A stretch of 57,617 nucleotides of DNA from IMG/VR virus record IMGVR_UViG_3300029192_000002; one strand, written 5' to 3'. Origin of the DNA: a virus. Below are positions 19,701 through 29,787 of this stretch, piece by piece. Below the pieces are notes generated by a model that ran no database searches, was not told where the DNA came from, and saw nothing but the letters and a program-made list of their open reading frames with translations. Within the stretch, counting starts at the first letter, position 1. Every line of letters starts with the position of its first letter. The translations under genes and the position numbers were made by a program.

Positions 19701-22130
19701 AAACGCAAACGCACCCTTGCGCTCCAACACAAGGAGGCATTGGATAATATAGACAAAGAGGAAAAGGCTTTGGCTAAAGCCCGTAAGGATGCCGGAAAAG
19801 GTGGCTTATCCAAGTCTGAAAAGGACGGCTTCGATGAAAGGCGAACACTTGAAAACAAGAAATATGACCAAGCCCAAAACAAACTCTTTGACGGTGAAAT
19901 AGAGTACAAGAAACAGCAATATGCCTTGTATTTCCGTTGGGTACGCAACATGGGCGAAGATGTAGCCAATACCCAATTTGCCACGCTCCTAAAAGGCGGT
20001 AAATCGTACAAGGAGTATGTGGAAAATGAAATCAAGGCTCTAAAGGATAAACAACAAGCCAGAACACTCACAGAGGGAGAAAGCAACCAACTTATTTCCC
20101 TTAATATGCAATACAATGAAATCACGGGGGCAAAGTCCGCTATGGATTCTTTCAAGGAGTCCGTATCTAAGACCATTCAGCAAGCCCAAACACTTGCCGA
20201 GAAGTTGGAAGCCATAGCCGATGCAAAAGAGAAGCTGGCTAATGGAAGTTCCGGGCTTGTGGGTGCTGACGAAAAAGCGGAAGCCACTTTGTTTGTTTCA
20301 GAAGAAGATAAGAAGTTACAGGAAGAAGTACAGCAAAAGATACTTTCCTCTTACAGAACCTTTGAGGAACAAAGAAATGACATCCAAAAGGAATACGCCT
20401 TGCTTCGTGCTGCCGCTCAAAAGACGGGCGACCAAGAACGGATTAACCAAGTAAACAAGTCGGAGGCAGAAGCGTTAAGCACCCTTACCGCCAATATGCT
20501 AAAGCAATCGGATAGTTGGAAGAAGTTATTTGGCGATTTGGATAGCCTTTCTGTAGCCGAAATAGATAAGTTGGTGGCTGATATTGAAACAAAGCTAAAA
20601 GATGCGGATTTGAAACTGAATCCCGTAGATTACCGTGCTTTGATTGATAGTTTGAACCAAGCAAAGGAAACGCTTATTTCAAAGAATCCCTTTAAGGCTT
20701 TAGGCACATTCTATGATGATTACATTGAAGCCAAAAAGAAGCTGGCAGAAGCCAAAGCGAAAGTTGCTGCCGGAAAGGGTACGGATGAGGATGTGAAAAA
20801 CGCAGAGGCAGACATGAAGAAAGCCGCCAAAGGCGTAACCAAGTCCATTGAAACGATTACTGATACGGCTACCACGTGCGGCAATGCCATTGCATCCATG
20901 TTTTCCGATTTGGGACAGGATGATTTGGCAAGTGGCTTAGGCACTGCAATGGAGTTGTTCGGGCAGTTGGGCAATGCTGCCGCCTCTGTAGGTAAAATGA
21001 TGAGCGGTGACATATTGGGAGGCATTACGGGTATGGTGAGTGCTGTTACTTCGGTAGTGGGCATATTCGCCAAATTGCACGATTCCAAGTATGAGAAGAA
21101 AATCCAAAATCTGCAAAAGGAAATAGATGCGCTGGAACAATCATACAGCCGTTTGGAACGAGCTTACAATAATACTTATTGGGTATTCAATGATAGCCAA
21201 CGTGAAGCCTACGAAAAGAATATCCAACTGATTAACGACCAAATACGGGCTTTGGAACAAGAAGCCAATGTAGCAAAGAAGAATTGGGATTTTGCCCGTT
21301 ACGCTCAACTTAATAAGGAGATTAAGGAACTCAACAAGCAGTTGAAGAATGCGGAAGAAAACGGGGATATGTTTTCTATCTATGAGGCTCAGAAAAAGAA
21401 CCTCAAACAGCAACAAGAGGATTTGAGAAAGCAAATTCAAGCTGAAAATGATAAGAAGAAAACCGATAACGGAAAAATCCAACAGTGGAACGAGCAAATA
21501 GAATCCATTACCCAACAGATAGAGGATTTGGATAGGTCAATGATGGAAACGCTTGCCGGAACGGATGTGAAAACCGCCATTGATGAATTTGCCGATGCGT
21601 TGGTAGATGCTTATTGCAAAGGTGAGGATGCAGCGGAAGCATTGGGCGAAAAGACAAAAGAAGTCCTTAAAAAAGCGGTTGTGGAAGCGTTGAAACGTGA
21701 GTTTTTGGCAAAGGGAATCAATGATGCCGTTCTCTATTTGGGAGAATCCATGAAAGACGGGAAACTGACCGATGTAGAGAAGCGAGAATTTGAAAGGATG
21801 GTGAACGCTGCCGGGGATTTGTTCAATTCCGCATTGGAGGGTATTGGTGATTGGATTAAGGATGTGGAGGAAGAAACCGTACAGCAAGACCCCCTTACGG
21901 GTGCGGCTACTTCCATGAGTGAGGAAACGGGCGGTGTGATAGCCGGGCGGTTGAATGCCTTTGTCATAAACCAAAGCGACCAAACCTCTATTATGAGGCA
22001 GGCACTTGTTTACCAAGCCGAAATAGCCGCCAACACGAAGTTGAGTGCATCAGAGTTGACGGAGATTAAAAGCACTTTGAAGCGCATTGAAAATAAAGAT
22101 AGTTCACTTTTATCACAAGGAATAGCATAG
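16719..22130 (+). CDS. Tape measure protein (1803 aa)
   Basis: Very long, Ala/Lys/Glu-rich coiled-coil protein with a hydrophobic segment (NPIGWVLGLIGALVSVITLF). It follows the chaperone pair. Confidence 0.9.
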   Translation: MDNINGALAFKATLDINDFNVSAQAMERSIKQVSSTAVSESSVMDNSIQSFAQNGAKYIVSYLVGQGMGTLLQSIVQTRGQFQQLEIAFTTMLKSGTQAKGLMDRLIDTAAKTPFDLSGIASSAKQMLAYGSTVDNVVDELIMLGNVASGVGAPLQDIAYLYGTLRTQGRAFTVDIRQFAGRGIPIYEELAKVLGVTKDEVSNLVTEGKVGFEEVEKAFQNMTGKAGTYYNLMQEQSKSLTGMISNMGDAWEQSLNKLGADNQDVFAGAIESATYMAEHLDDILRILKAVAIGYGSVKAAIVLNTLATKGYTGVALLDNTARQAKISLMKLEAVATGQVVTQTKAMIAAQNSHVAALQAQLTVEEHANMVKQLRIATIQQMLTVQQAEYLSNLNLTVSSANYEAVALSVLTVEQKQALSKLDLSAKSAVYRAALENEVAVKTQNSAATLNAMRTDVKAAAVKMESARADALAAKAAVERAYLEVYRAQQTGNAEKIAIATKKMEAAEDNAAIARKTALATQSDFYAKKKLLEATATKQSTAASVADTTAKTTQGAVTSVLTAITTKATVAVKALWASMMSNPIGWVLGLIGALVSVITLFTGKQKEATTATGEFQDTTKKEIDNLNLLFSVLQNTEKGTQTHKNTIEKINTVCKQYNKTLLDENATLDLQRLKYEELTTAIQQTTAEKIKAKYTEQAMQELVQSQTDALDKLKESAEDATYKEIQEVMETTPEGVTVMMNKVIDVASSSIRGASGAVWDAVESMAVESANQLKGLTGQAYTDAFNNSLDSIVSAVQKSTGATGKEMDAFKENIKTYLESVAQSAKKADETIGKVDKQLEKFYGKKDTTSVTESTDYVAMSFNELDKKIGETQKSIDTLNAKKVKVEADNTQLKELKDLLDKLNGAVNTKAINLNTEKGISDRIKQLKELREAAIIGSSDYKSYDTQIKKLEARLPKHTTGDKADSAAKQLRERQLEADRKLEADRIAVLEEGYEKRKRTLALQHKEALDNIDKEEKALAKARKDAGKGGLSKSEKDGFDERRTLENKKYDQAQNKLFDGEIEYKKQQYALYFRWVRNMGEDVANTQFATLLKGGKSYKEYVENEIKALKDKQQARTLTEGESNQLISLNMQYNEITGAKSAMDSFKESVSKTIQQAQTLAEKLEAIADAKEKLANGSSGLVGADEKAEATLFVSEEDKKLQEEVQQKILSSYRTFEEQRNDIQKEYALLRAAAQKTGDQERINQVNKSEAEALSTLTANMLKQSDSWKKLFGDLDSLSVAEIDKLVADIETKLKDADLKLNPVDYRALIDSLNQAKETLISKNPFKALGTFYDDYIEAKKKLAEAKAKVAAGKGTDEDVKNAEADMKKAAKGVTKSIETITDTATTCGNAIASMFSDLGQDDLASGLGTAMELFGQLGNAAASVGKMMSGDILGGITGMVSAVTSVVGIFAKLHDSKYEKKIQNLQKEIDALEQSYSRLERAYNNTYWVFNDSQREAYEKNIQLINDQIRALEQEANVAKKNWDFARYAQLNKEIKELNKQLKNAEENGDMFSIYEAQKKNLKQQQEDLRKQIQAENDKKKTDNGKIQQWNEQIESITQQIEDLDRSMMETLAGTDVKTAIDEFADALVDAYCKGEDAAEALGEKTKEVLKKAVVEALKREFLAKGINDAVLYLGESMKDGKLTDVEKREFERMVNAAGDLFNSALEGIGDWIKDVEEETVQQDPLTGAATSMSEETGGVIAGRLNAFVINQSDQTSIMRQALVYQAEIAANTKLSASELTEIKSTLKRIENKDSSLLSQGIA

Positions 22131-22132
22131 TT

Positions 22133-22642
22133 ATGGAACTGGTACAACAACTTAAAGAGGATGGCAAGGCAAAGGGGCTTTGCCGGATGTGGCAAATGAA
22201 GCTAAGAACGGGGCTTGACTATGAGCAACTGATACAGCTTTACATTAAGGGCATAGATTTCTGTATATCGGAGAATTACCCCACGCTTGACTTTATACGG
22301 GAACACTTCAAAGGCAAATGCGAGGTTTACGGGGTGTTTGTGGATGATGAGGTTACGGATAAGGTGAATTTACCCGATGTGGTGCTGAATGGTGACTGCA
22401 AAGCTATGTTGGAGTATGACGGATATTCCGTTTCACGGGTATATGCACGGCATGATTCCCATAGTGCCGTAAACGTGTCGGACAATGCGATTGTTACCAT
22501 AGACGCTTTCGATAGCTCATATCTGTATGTGGCGGTAGCTGGAACGGATGCAAAGGTGCTTGTGAATCTGTATGGCAATGCCAAAGCGGATATAAAGGGA
22601 GTGGGAATAGAAGTTAGACAAATGAATAAAAATACTTACTGA
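22133..22642 (+). CDS. Hypothetical tail protein (169 aa)
   Basis: Position immediately after the tape measure. Confidence 0.45.
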   Translation: MELVQQLKEDGKAKGLCRMWQMKLRTGLDYEQLIQLYIKGIDFCISENYPTLDFIREHFKGKCEVYGVFVDDEVTDKVNLPDVVLNGDCKAMLEYDGYSVSRVYARHDSHSAVNVSDNAIVTIDAFDSSYLYVAVAGTDAKVLVNLYGNAKADIKGVGIEVRQMNKNTY

Positions 22643-22643
22643 T

Positions 22644-23828
22644 ATGGATAAGAACATGATTTTACACCTGCCTTTCGATGACCCGGACGGTAGTATAGCT
22701 TACGACTTTTCACAGTACCGCAACGATGCCACCTTATCGGAGGGTGCGAATTTTTCCAAGAAATCCAAAGTGGGTAAATCTCTTGCTTTGAATGGTACGG
22801 GCGAATGTGAAACGGCTCGTTCCATACCCTTTAGCGGTAATTTCACACTTTGTTTTTGGGTGCTGCCTGTTTCTCAAAAGTTAGGCTGGGTGCTGAATAT
22901 GCCCGGCATAGACAACTATAAAGAGCAATGGCTGGATGTAATGCCTGATGTCTGGATTTTCTTTGCTTTCGTTAAGTCCGGCAATATGTTTACCGTCTAT
23001 GAGAACACGACCCGGATATTCAGTGAAATGTTGCCAAAGACACCAACGGGGCTTTCCATCAACGACCAATCACTCTTTGGGACGAAAGCCTTGCTGGACG
23101 AAGTGAAACTGTTTGACGTGGCGAAAGAACCCCGTGAAATATTTGAGTTGCAGAAAGATGCGGATGTGGAATATTTCATAGACGGAAAGAACTTCAAGGA
23201 GTTTGGGGTATTCGTTTCCAAAAGTGCCGGATTGGTTGGACGGTTGGAGCGTAAAGAAGCCTTGCAAGTGAACTGGGATAACTACCACGGCATTGTAAGG
23301 GATAAGAAGCGACCACGCTACAAGGAGCGCAACATTACGCTGGATTGCTTTATTGAGGCTTCGGGACGTGCCGCCTATGTGGAATGGGTAAACCTTTTCT
23401 TTTCCCAATTTGATGCAGAGGGAAACCATCGTTTGCGTGTGGACTATGACGGAAAGGCAAAGCCTTTGGTATATGAAGTGGAATTGCTGGATGAGGCAGA
23501 CCCGGAAAAGAGCTGGGGACAATATAGCAATGATTTGATGGTGGGCACATTCCGCTTAAAACTGGTGGAAGATGAACCTGTGAAAAAGGTGCTTAGGTAT
23601 ATAGGTGCGACTGCAAACGGCAAGGCTACGATTACCGTTACTTCGTCCAAGTTGCTTAATATCTATTGGGGCGATGGTACGCACACTTACGATGTGTCCG
23701 GCAACGAACAAACGATAGAACACACTTACGTTACACCCGGTGAATACGAGATAATCGTTTCGGGCGTGATTGAAGACATTGAAAAATTTGAAACCAACGC
23801 TATTGTGATATGGGAACTCTTGAAATAA
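22644..23828 (+). CDS. Distal tail/baseplate protein with an N-terminal LamG-like (concanavalin-type) module
   Basis: LHLPFDDPDGSIAYDFS...GKSLALNGTGECE...FSGNFTLCFWVLP is paralogous to a block in the next gene (HLPIEANDTS...RYALNLSGGME...FGESFTLCFWMKS). Tail position. Confidence 0.55.
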   Translation: MDKNMILHLPFDDPDGSIAYDFSQYRNDATLSEGANFSKKSKVGKSLALNGTGECETARSIPFSGNFTLCFWVLPVSQKLGWVLNMPGIDNYKEQWLDVMPDVWIFFAFVKSGNMFTVYENTTRIFSEMLPKTPTGLSINDQSLFGTKALLDEVKLFDVAKEPREIFELQKDADVEYFIDGKNFKEFGVFVSKSAGLVGRLERKEALQVNWDNYHGIVRDKKRPRYKERNITLDCFIEASGRAAYVEWVNLFFSQFDAEGNHRLRVDYDGKAKPLVYEVELLDEADPEKSWGQYSNDLMVGTFRLKLVEDEPVKKVLRYIGATANGKATITVTSSKLLNIYWGDGTHTYDVSGNEQTIEHTYVTPGEYEIIVSGVIEDIEKFETNAIVIWELLK

Positions 23829-26800
23829 TCAGGCGCAACGGTGAAAAGGTACGCTTGTTTTCCAAAGAGCCGTTTTGCACGCTGAAATCAGCCGCTCAAA
23901 ACAGTTCCTTAATGGGGGATGATAACGTACAGCTTTCCATTGTTTCCTCTGAGTTGCTTAATTTAGGAAAAGGAGATAAAATCATAGTGGAGGGTGAAGA
24001 ATACACCATCCGTACTAAGGTGAACCGTGAAATGCTTTCGGACAACCATTATGTGCATGATGCCACTTTCTACGGGGTGATGTATGAGCTTATGAAAAGC
24101 CTGTACCGAAACACCGATGCAAACGGGAAATCCAGCAAAAGCACGTTTGACCTCACTTATAATATCCGGGACTTTGTAAAGGTGCTTATCTACAACGTGA
24201 GCCGTGACTATCCGGGCTTATGGGCTTTCGATGAAGCTAATTGCCCGGACACAGAACCCCGTACCATTTCCTTTGCCCGTAACAACTGCCTACAAGTTTT
24301 GCAAATGCTTTGCAGTGACCGTGAATTTGATTTGGAATTTCTCATTACTCAAAAAGACGGGGTGCGTACCATCCACATAGGGAAGTTCGGTTCAAAGGTT
24401 GTGCCCCCGGGTGGCAACGCTTTCTTTGAGTGGGGCAAAGGCAACGGCTTGTACAAGCTCAAAGAGCAAAAGGTAGATGATAAAACCATTATTACGAGGC
24501 TTTGGGTGGAGGGTGGCACGACCAACATTCGGAGTGATTACAGGGACTATTCAGAACGCCTACAGCTTCCGTTTCCAGTGCGTTTAAACAAAAAGGAACA
24601 CAAACTATGGGACGGCACAATAGTACCGCCTCAGAGCGAATATATAGGCATATCCGATGATAACAAGCGTTATTTGGAGGATGGCGATTTGAGGGATGCA
24701 CTGGGCAGTGATGAGGATGCTGTGACGTATGATAATATTTTCCCGAAACGGACGGGTACGGTTACTGCTTTGGTGGCTGATGATATAAACAGCTTCATTG
24801 ATGATACAATGGACTTTGACCTGAACGAGAAAGACGATAAGGGTACAAAGTATCTGATTAACGAGGTATCGGCAAAGATTACTTTCATTTCGGGTAAATT
24901 AGCCGGGCAACAATTTGAATTGGCGCAAAAGGGAGGGTACGACCATGCAACAAAAAGGTTTACGCTCATTCCATTTACGGACAACAGGGGGCTAACTATT
25001 CCTACCACTGAAAGCGAGGCTTACCGTATAACGGAGGGTGACACGTATAAGATTACGGATATTCACCTGCCTAAATCTTATGAAGATGATGCAGAGGAAG
25101 ATTTATGGTATGCCGGATATAACGAGTTCAAGCCACGCACACAGGCACGGGCGCAATATCAGCTTACCTTTGAACGCTCCTATTTTTTGAACGCTTTGCC
25201 AAGCGATAGCGAAACAACCGTCTTTCATGTGGGTAACTATGTACCCGTGAAAGATGAGCGTTTCGGTATTGAAAAGAATATCCGCATCCAAAAGGTGACA
25301 AAGAACCTGCTTGTGGAGCATGACTATACACTGACCCTTTCGGACATTACAGCCATTTCCCCAATCACTCAAACGGTGGTGGATGTGGGACGGCACGAAA
25401 CAATCATAGAAAACAATCGGCTTCGGGACTTGACTAAGGCACGGAGGGGCTGGCGCACAACAGAGGAATTGCGTACAATGGTATATGATACGGACGGTTA
25501 TTTTGACCCCGAAAACATCAAACCTAATTCCATTGACACCAATATGCTTACGGTAGGGTCTAAGAGCCAACAGTTTGTTTTGATTGATGTGATACTGCAA
25601 GCCAACGTAAACGGAATATCCAATCGCTTTGATGCTTCTGCCGGGGTATTGGCTCACTTGACTATTGATGATGAGATAATCAAGCATTGGAACATGGCGG
25701 CTGGCTCATTCACTCTATCAAGCCCAAAGGGGTACTATGTGTTTGCCAAATGCTCCAAGAAAAGCACGGATGGAATTTGGTATGTGACACAGGAACAACT
25801 AAAGGTTGAGCCAACCGAAGACCCGAACAACTACTATTTCCAAGTGGGCATATTAGGGTCAGTGCATTCGGATGATGATTTTAGGGACTTTACCACTACC
25901 TACGGATTTACCCGAATCAACGGTAATACCATTACCACGGGTAAAATCATTACAAGCGATAAGGAGTGCTATTTGGATTTGGATGGCAACAAGTTCCGTA
26001 TAGGTGATTCTTCAAGTTCTATTGATTGGAATGTAACGGCAAAACACCAATTAACCTTACACAACGTCCGTCTGCTTTCTGATAGTGGGGACACATCACA
26101 TATTGGGGTGTTTCGTGGTACGTATAATCCAAAGTACGTGTACTATGCCGGGGATGAGGTGTCTTATACGGTGAATGGGGAAATGTGTACCTATAGATAC
26201 ACTAACCCCATGCCAAGCATGGGCAACCCGCCTACCAATTCCGTATATTGGTCAGTAGTGGCGAAAGGTTCTACTGGGGATAAGGGAGAAAGCGGTTTGT
26301 CTGTATTCTACACTTATAATGACAGCGAAACCAAGCCTGCCACCCCTACGGGGGACGGCTCTACGGGAGGTTGGCATAGAACTTCGTCCGAAAACGTGGT
26401 TTGGATGAGTATAAAGAACGCCAAGACCGATACGGAGGGTGCGTGGGGTATTCCTTTTCGTGTGCGTGGTGCTGATGGTACTTCAATCAATATCAAAGGT
26501 TCTAAGGACAATGTTTCACAACTGCCTACCGTTGGAAATTCAGAGGGCGATGCTTATCTAATCGGGGGCAACCTCTATATTTGGGATGGCACGAACTGGA
26601 AAGATGTTGGAGCTATCAAGGGAGAAGATGGAAAGAGTAGCTATCTTCACAAGAAGTATTCCGATGATGGCGGCAAAACGTTTACTGCTGGGAACGGTGA
26701 AACACCCGGAAGATGGTTGGGCTTGTACGTGGATATGATACCTACCGATAGCGACAAACCAAGTGCTTACAAGTGGAGTGACACGAAAGGACAAGACGGA

Positions 26801-29215
26801 ACACCCGGTTTACCCGGTGAAGATGGGCGTACTCCTTACTTCCATATCAAGTATTCGGACAACGGGGGGATGTCGTTTACTGCAAACAATGGCGAAGAAC
26901 CGGGCTACTACATAGGACAATACACCGACTATGTGCAGAAAGACAGTGACAACCCGATGGATTACACTTGGGCTTTGATTAAAGGAGAATCGGGTACGGG
27001 TGGAACGGATGCCGGAGCTGGCGAATACTACGAATACCGTTACGCTAAAAACGGCTCGACTTTAGTACCGCCCGATTTGGACGTTAATTCTTCCAACCCT
27101 GCCGGGTGGAGTACGGAAATGCCGAAAGTAGGAGCGTTGGAATATATTTGGTGTACAATGGCTAAGAAGTCCGGGCTTGCAGACCGTACCAAATTTCATT
27201 TGCCCATTGAAGCTAACGACACTTCAAGCATTGCCGATATTTCGGGTAACGGTTATAATGGCGTGCTGGGAGGTGGAACGGTTGTAAAAGACGGAACGAG
27301 ATATGCCCTCAACCTGAGTGGTGGAATGGAGAGCCGTATTCCTTATGATTTACCCTTTGGGGAAAGTTTTACACTCTGTTTTTGGATGAAGTCAGACCAA
27401 AAACAAGTCAAGTGGATGTTGAACGGATATAACGGTAGGCACTATGTGGAAAAGAGTATTGCAATCACGCCTAATACGTGGTTTCACCTTGCATTCCGTT
27501 TTAATGACCGTACCGTTACGGCATTCAAAAACGGGGAGCAATTACATAGTGGCAGCGTTAATATCATGGCTGTTGGTTTTGCTATTTACGATGATGATGT
27601 ATTCGGCTCTGCCGTGTATTTCGATGATATACGTTTGTTAATGGGGGCTTTACCCGTGAATGACATTACTTCCGTAATGAATGGCAAAGCGGACTTGATG
27701 ATACAGAAATGGAGTACCCCTATCCGTGTAAATCCTTATGATGGTGAAGATGGAAAGCCGGGAACAAGTGTAACATTGGCTGATGTTGAATATGCACAAA
27801 GCACTTCTAACACTACAGCACCGACTACTGGATGGCAGACTACAGCACCGACATGGATTGACGGGCGGTATATTTGGAGTAGGACGAAAGTTTCTTATTC
27901 CGACAACACGACTACCTACACTAAGGCGGTTTGTATTACAGGCGGTAAAGGCTCTACAGGTAATAGTGGTATCGGTGTAAAGTCTATCATTGAACAATAC
28001 TACCTATCCAGTTCGGCAACCTCATTACTTAATGGCTCATGGAGTACGACACGCCCAACGTGGAAAGACAAATGGTATATATGGACACGCTCGGTTATCA
28101 CTTATACAAATGGAACGAGTGATACTACGGCTGCAATCTGTGTGACGGGAAGTAAAGGGGATAAAGGTGAAGATGGAAAGCCGGGTGATAAAGGGGAGAA
28201 AGGAGATAGTCCCGTACTTGTTTATAGGGGTATTTATGATTCTTCCAAGACTTATTACGGAAATAGCAAGCGGTTGGATGCTGTAAAATACAACAATCAA
28301 TACTATATAGCCCGTATAGATGCTGGAACTTTCACCGGGTTAGTACCGACTAACACAGGCAAATGGAATACTTTTGGAGCGCAATTTGAAACTATTGCCA
28401 CAAACTTGTTATTGGCAGAGGGGGCAAATATTGGAGATTGGTTTATTAAGGGCGGTAAGATTGTTTCCACTATGGGTAATGGTAACAGGGTAGAGTTGGA
28501 TGCTTCAATGGCTCGTATTTATATTGAATCTTCAAGTGGTGGTGGTGATTATGCGCTCGTTGATTTTGGTGCAAAAATGACAATAGATGCCAACCGTGGA
28601 ATCTTTGAAACAAGGGCTAAAAATGCACCATCTTATTCTAATGCGGTTTCCTATATGTCCCCAACGGGAATATTCTCAAATATGGCAGGTACGGACGGTA
28701 TGCCAGCAAGTAGCGGATATACACACCGTGGGGCTATTGTTGGGCTTGGCTTTGCAAATGTTCCGGCAAGAGCATGGGCTGTAAATGAAGTAGATACAAT
28801 CGTGGCAGGAGTTTATGGTCGGGCTTCTAATTCGGGGACTGCACCAGCCTTTGGCGGTTTCTTCTATGATTTATTTGCCGGAGGCTTGATTTTTGGTCGA
28901 AAGTGTATTACTGGAACGTCGAATAACACATGGTATTTGAATAGAGAAGATACCGTGGTTATAGGGTACACGTCTGCCGCATCAGTAGTGTATCTTCCAG
29001 CTTCTCCTAAAGAGGGACAGGTTATATTTGTAAAGCAGTGGTGGAGAGGCTATATGAGATTCAGACCAAGAAGCGGCTACCTAATCTATGATGATACTTC
29101 GGTAAATGACTACTACGATTTTGGGGAGGGTCAAGGTGGTATGTTTGTATATACCGTAGGATATATAGATGGAGTTAAAAAGCAAGCATGGTTAGTAAGT
29201 AGATGGAAATACTAA
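23810..29215 (+). CDS. Tail-associated hub/fibre protein (1801 aa) with collagen-like G-X-Y runs, an internal LamG-like module and repeated beta-rich domains
   Basis: G-X-Y stretches are present (GDKGESG, GQDGTPGLPGEDGRTP, GDKGEDGKPGDKGEKGDSP). A tandem repeat of about 55 aa recurs (Y.HKKYSDDGGKTFTA.../YFHIKYSDNGGMSFTA...). There are four W-containing modules (GWQTTAPTWIDGRYIWSRT / SWSTTRPTWKDKWYIWTRS...). Confidence 0.8.
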   Translation: MGTLEIIRRNGEKVRLFSKEPFCTLKSAAQNSSLMGDDNVQLSIVSSELLNLGKGDKIIVEGEEYTIRTKVNREMLSDNHYVHDATFYGVMYELMKSLYRNTDANGKSSKSTFDLTYNIRDFVKVLIYNVSRDYPGLWAFDEANCPDTEPRTISFARNNCLQVLQMLCSDREFDLEFLITQKDGVRTIHIGKFGSKVVPPGGNAFFEWGKGNGLYKLKEQKVDDKTIITRLWVEGGTTNIRSDYRDYSERLQLPFPVRLNKKEHKLWDGTIVPPQSEYIGISDDNKRYLEDGDLRDALGSDEDAVTYDNIFPKRTGTVTALVADDINSFIDDTMDFDLNEKDDKGTKYLINEVSAKITFISGKLAGQQFELAQKGGYDHATKRFTLIPFTDNRGLTIPTTESEAYRITEGDTYKITDIHLPKSYEDDAEEDLWYAGYNEFKPRTQARAQYQLTFERSYFLNALPSDSETTVFHVGNYVPVKDERFGIEKNIRIQKVTKNLLVEHDYTLTLSDITAISPITQTVVDVGRHETIIENNRLRDLTKARRGWRTTEELRTMVYDTDGYFDPENIKPNSIDTNMLTVGSKSQQFVLIDVILQANVNGISNRFDASAGVLAHLTIDDEIIKHWNMAAGSFTLSSPKGYYVFAKCSKKSTDGIWYVTQEQLKVEPTEDPNNYYFQVGILGSVHSDDDFRDFTTTYGFTRINGNTITTGKIITSDKECYLDLDGNKFRIGDSSSSIDWNVTAKHQLTLHNVRLLSDSGDTSHIGVFRGTYNPKYVYYAGDEVSYTVNGEMCTYRYTNPMPSMGNPPTNSVYWSVVAKGSTGDKGESGLSVFYTYNDSETKPATPTGDGSTGGWHRTSSENVVWMSIKNAKTDTEGAWGIPFRVRGADGTSINIKGSKDNVSQLPTVGNSEGDAYLIGGNLYIWDGTNWKDVGAIKGEDGKSSYLHKKYSDDGGKTFTAGNGETPGRWLGLYVDMIPTDSDKPSAYKWSDTKGQDGTPGLPGEDGRTPYFHIKYSDNGGMSFTANNGEEPGYYIGQYTDYVQKDSDNPMDYTWALIKGESGTGGTDAGAGEYYEYRYAKNGSTLVPPDLDVNSSNPAGWSTEMPKVGALEYIWCTMAKKSGLADRTKFHLPIEANDTSSIADISGNGYNGVLGGGTVVKDGTRYALNLSGGMESRIPYDLPFGESFTLCFWMKSDQKQVKWMLNGYNGRHYVEKSIAITPNTWFHLAFRFNDRTVTAFKNGEQLHSGSVNIMAVGFAIYDDDVFGSAVYFDDIRLLMGALPVNDITSVMNGKADLMIQKWSTPIRVNPYDGEDGKPGTSVTLADVEYAQSTSNTTAPTTGWQTTAPTWIDGRYIWSRTKVSYSDNTTTYTKAVCITGGKGSTGNSGIGVKSIIEQYYLSSSATSLLNGSWSTTRPTWKDKWYIWTRSVITYTNGTSDTTAAICVTGSKGDKGEDGKPGDKGEKGDSPVLVYRGIYDSSKTYYGNSKRLDAVKYNNQYYIARIDAGTFTGLVPTNTGKWNTFGAQFETIATNLLLAEGANIGDWFIKGGKIVSTMGNGNRVELDASMARIYIESSSGGGDYALVDFGAKMTIDANRGIFETRAKNAPSYSNAVSYMSPTGIFSNMAGTDGMPASSGYTHRGAIVGLGFANVPARAWAVNEVDTIVAGVYGRASNSGTAPAFGGFFYDLFAGGLIFGRKCITGTSNNTWYLNREDTVVIGYTSAASVVYLPASPKEGQVIFVKQWWRGYMRFRPRSGYLIYDDTSVNDYYDFGEGQGGMFVYTVGYIDGVKKQAWLVSRWKY

Positions 29216-29219
29216 AAAT

Positions 29220-29705
29220 ATGGAAGAAAGAGTATTATACGGATATATGGATGGTGACTGCCTACAATGTATAGAAATAACCCCCATTCCTCAGAAAATC
29301 AGAAATGAGAAAACGGGGGAAATAATAACACGCATGGTATCGGTTATTGAACAGGTGGCTGAACTGCCAACTATATATAAGCCTGTGGATGCAATAGATG
29401 AAAGTAAACAAAACGCCGATAAAGAGGGTTATGTTGTGCGCATTGTACCATACGATGCAGGGGACAGGATTTCATTCAGATACATAGAAGTCCCCGATTT
29501 TCAAAAGGTGGCACATGAGATTGAACGCTTAAAGGAGGTATTGGCAGGTAGCGATTATAAGATAATCAAATGCTACGAAGCCGCTCTAATAGGTTCTGAA
29601 ATGCCCTATGAGATAAAGGCTTTGCATAATGAAAGGCAGTTGTTGAGAGATAAAATCAATGAACTTGAAGCACGTTATGCCTCATTATATGGTGATACAC
29701 TTTAA
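29220..29705 (+). CDS. Hypothetical protein (161 aa), tail-fibre associated by position
   Basis: Packed ORF after the fibre gene. Confidence 0.5.
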   Translation: MEERVLYGYMDGDCLQCIEITPIPQKIRNEKTGEIITRMVSVIEQVAELPTIYKPVDAIDESKQNADKEGYVVRIVPYDAGDRISFRYIEVPDFQKVAHEIERLKEVLAGSDYKIIKCYEAALIGSEMPYEIKALHNERQLLRDKINELEARYASLYGDTL

Positions 29706-29718
29706 TTATATCTGAAAA

Positions 29719-29751
29719 TGTGTTCATTAAACACATTTATGATTATATTTG
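29719..29751 (+). promoter_or_regulatory. Palindrome TGTGTTC-ATT-AAACACA plus -7 box TATATTTG
   Basis: The motif lies at 29719-29735 and the TAnnTTTG box at 29744-29751, 37 nt before the ATG at 29788. The layout is almost the same as at 53237-53268. Confidence 0.5.
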
Positions 29752-29787
29752 CAGTTAGAAAACTTGATTTAATTTACTCAGTGAATT

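Noticed and set aside
16818-22016. Many 60-160-aa ORFs on the minus strand and in alternative plus frames within the tape measure gene (for example 19694..20176, 20720..21088, 21141..21515, 21537..22016).
   Set aside because: They lie entirely inside a continuous 1803-aa ORF with coherent coiled-coil composition. Their products are low-complexity mirror translations (Ser/Leu/Phe-rich). They are shadow ORFs.
26270-28210. Collagen-like G-X-Y stretches and repeated modules in the fibre gene read as independent tandem-repeat or hypervariable elements.
   Set aside because: They are in frame within one ORF and are typical structural repeats of phage fibres. There is no TR-like non-coding copy elsewhere in the window.
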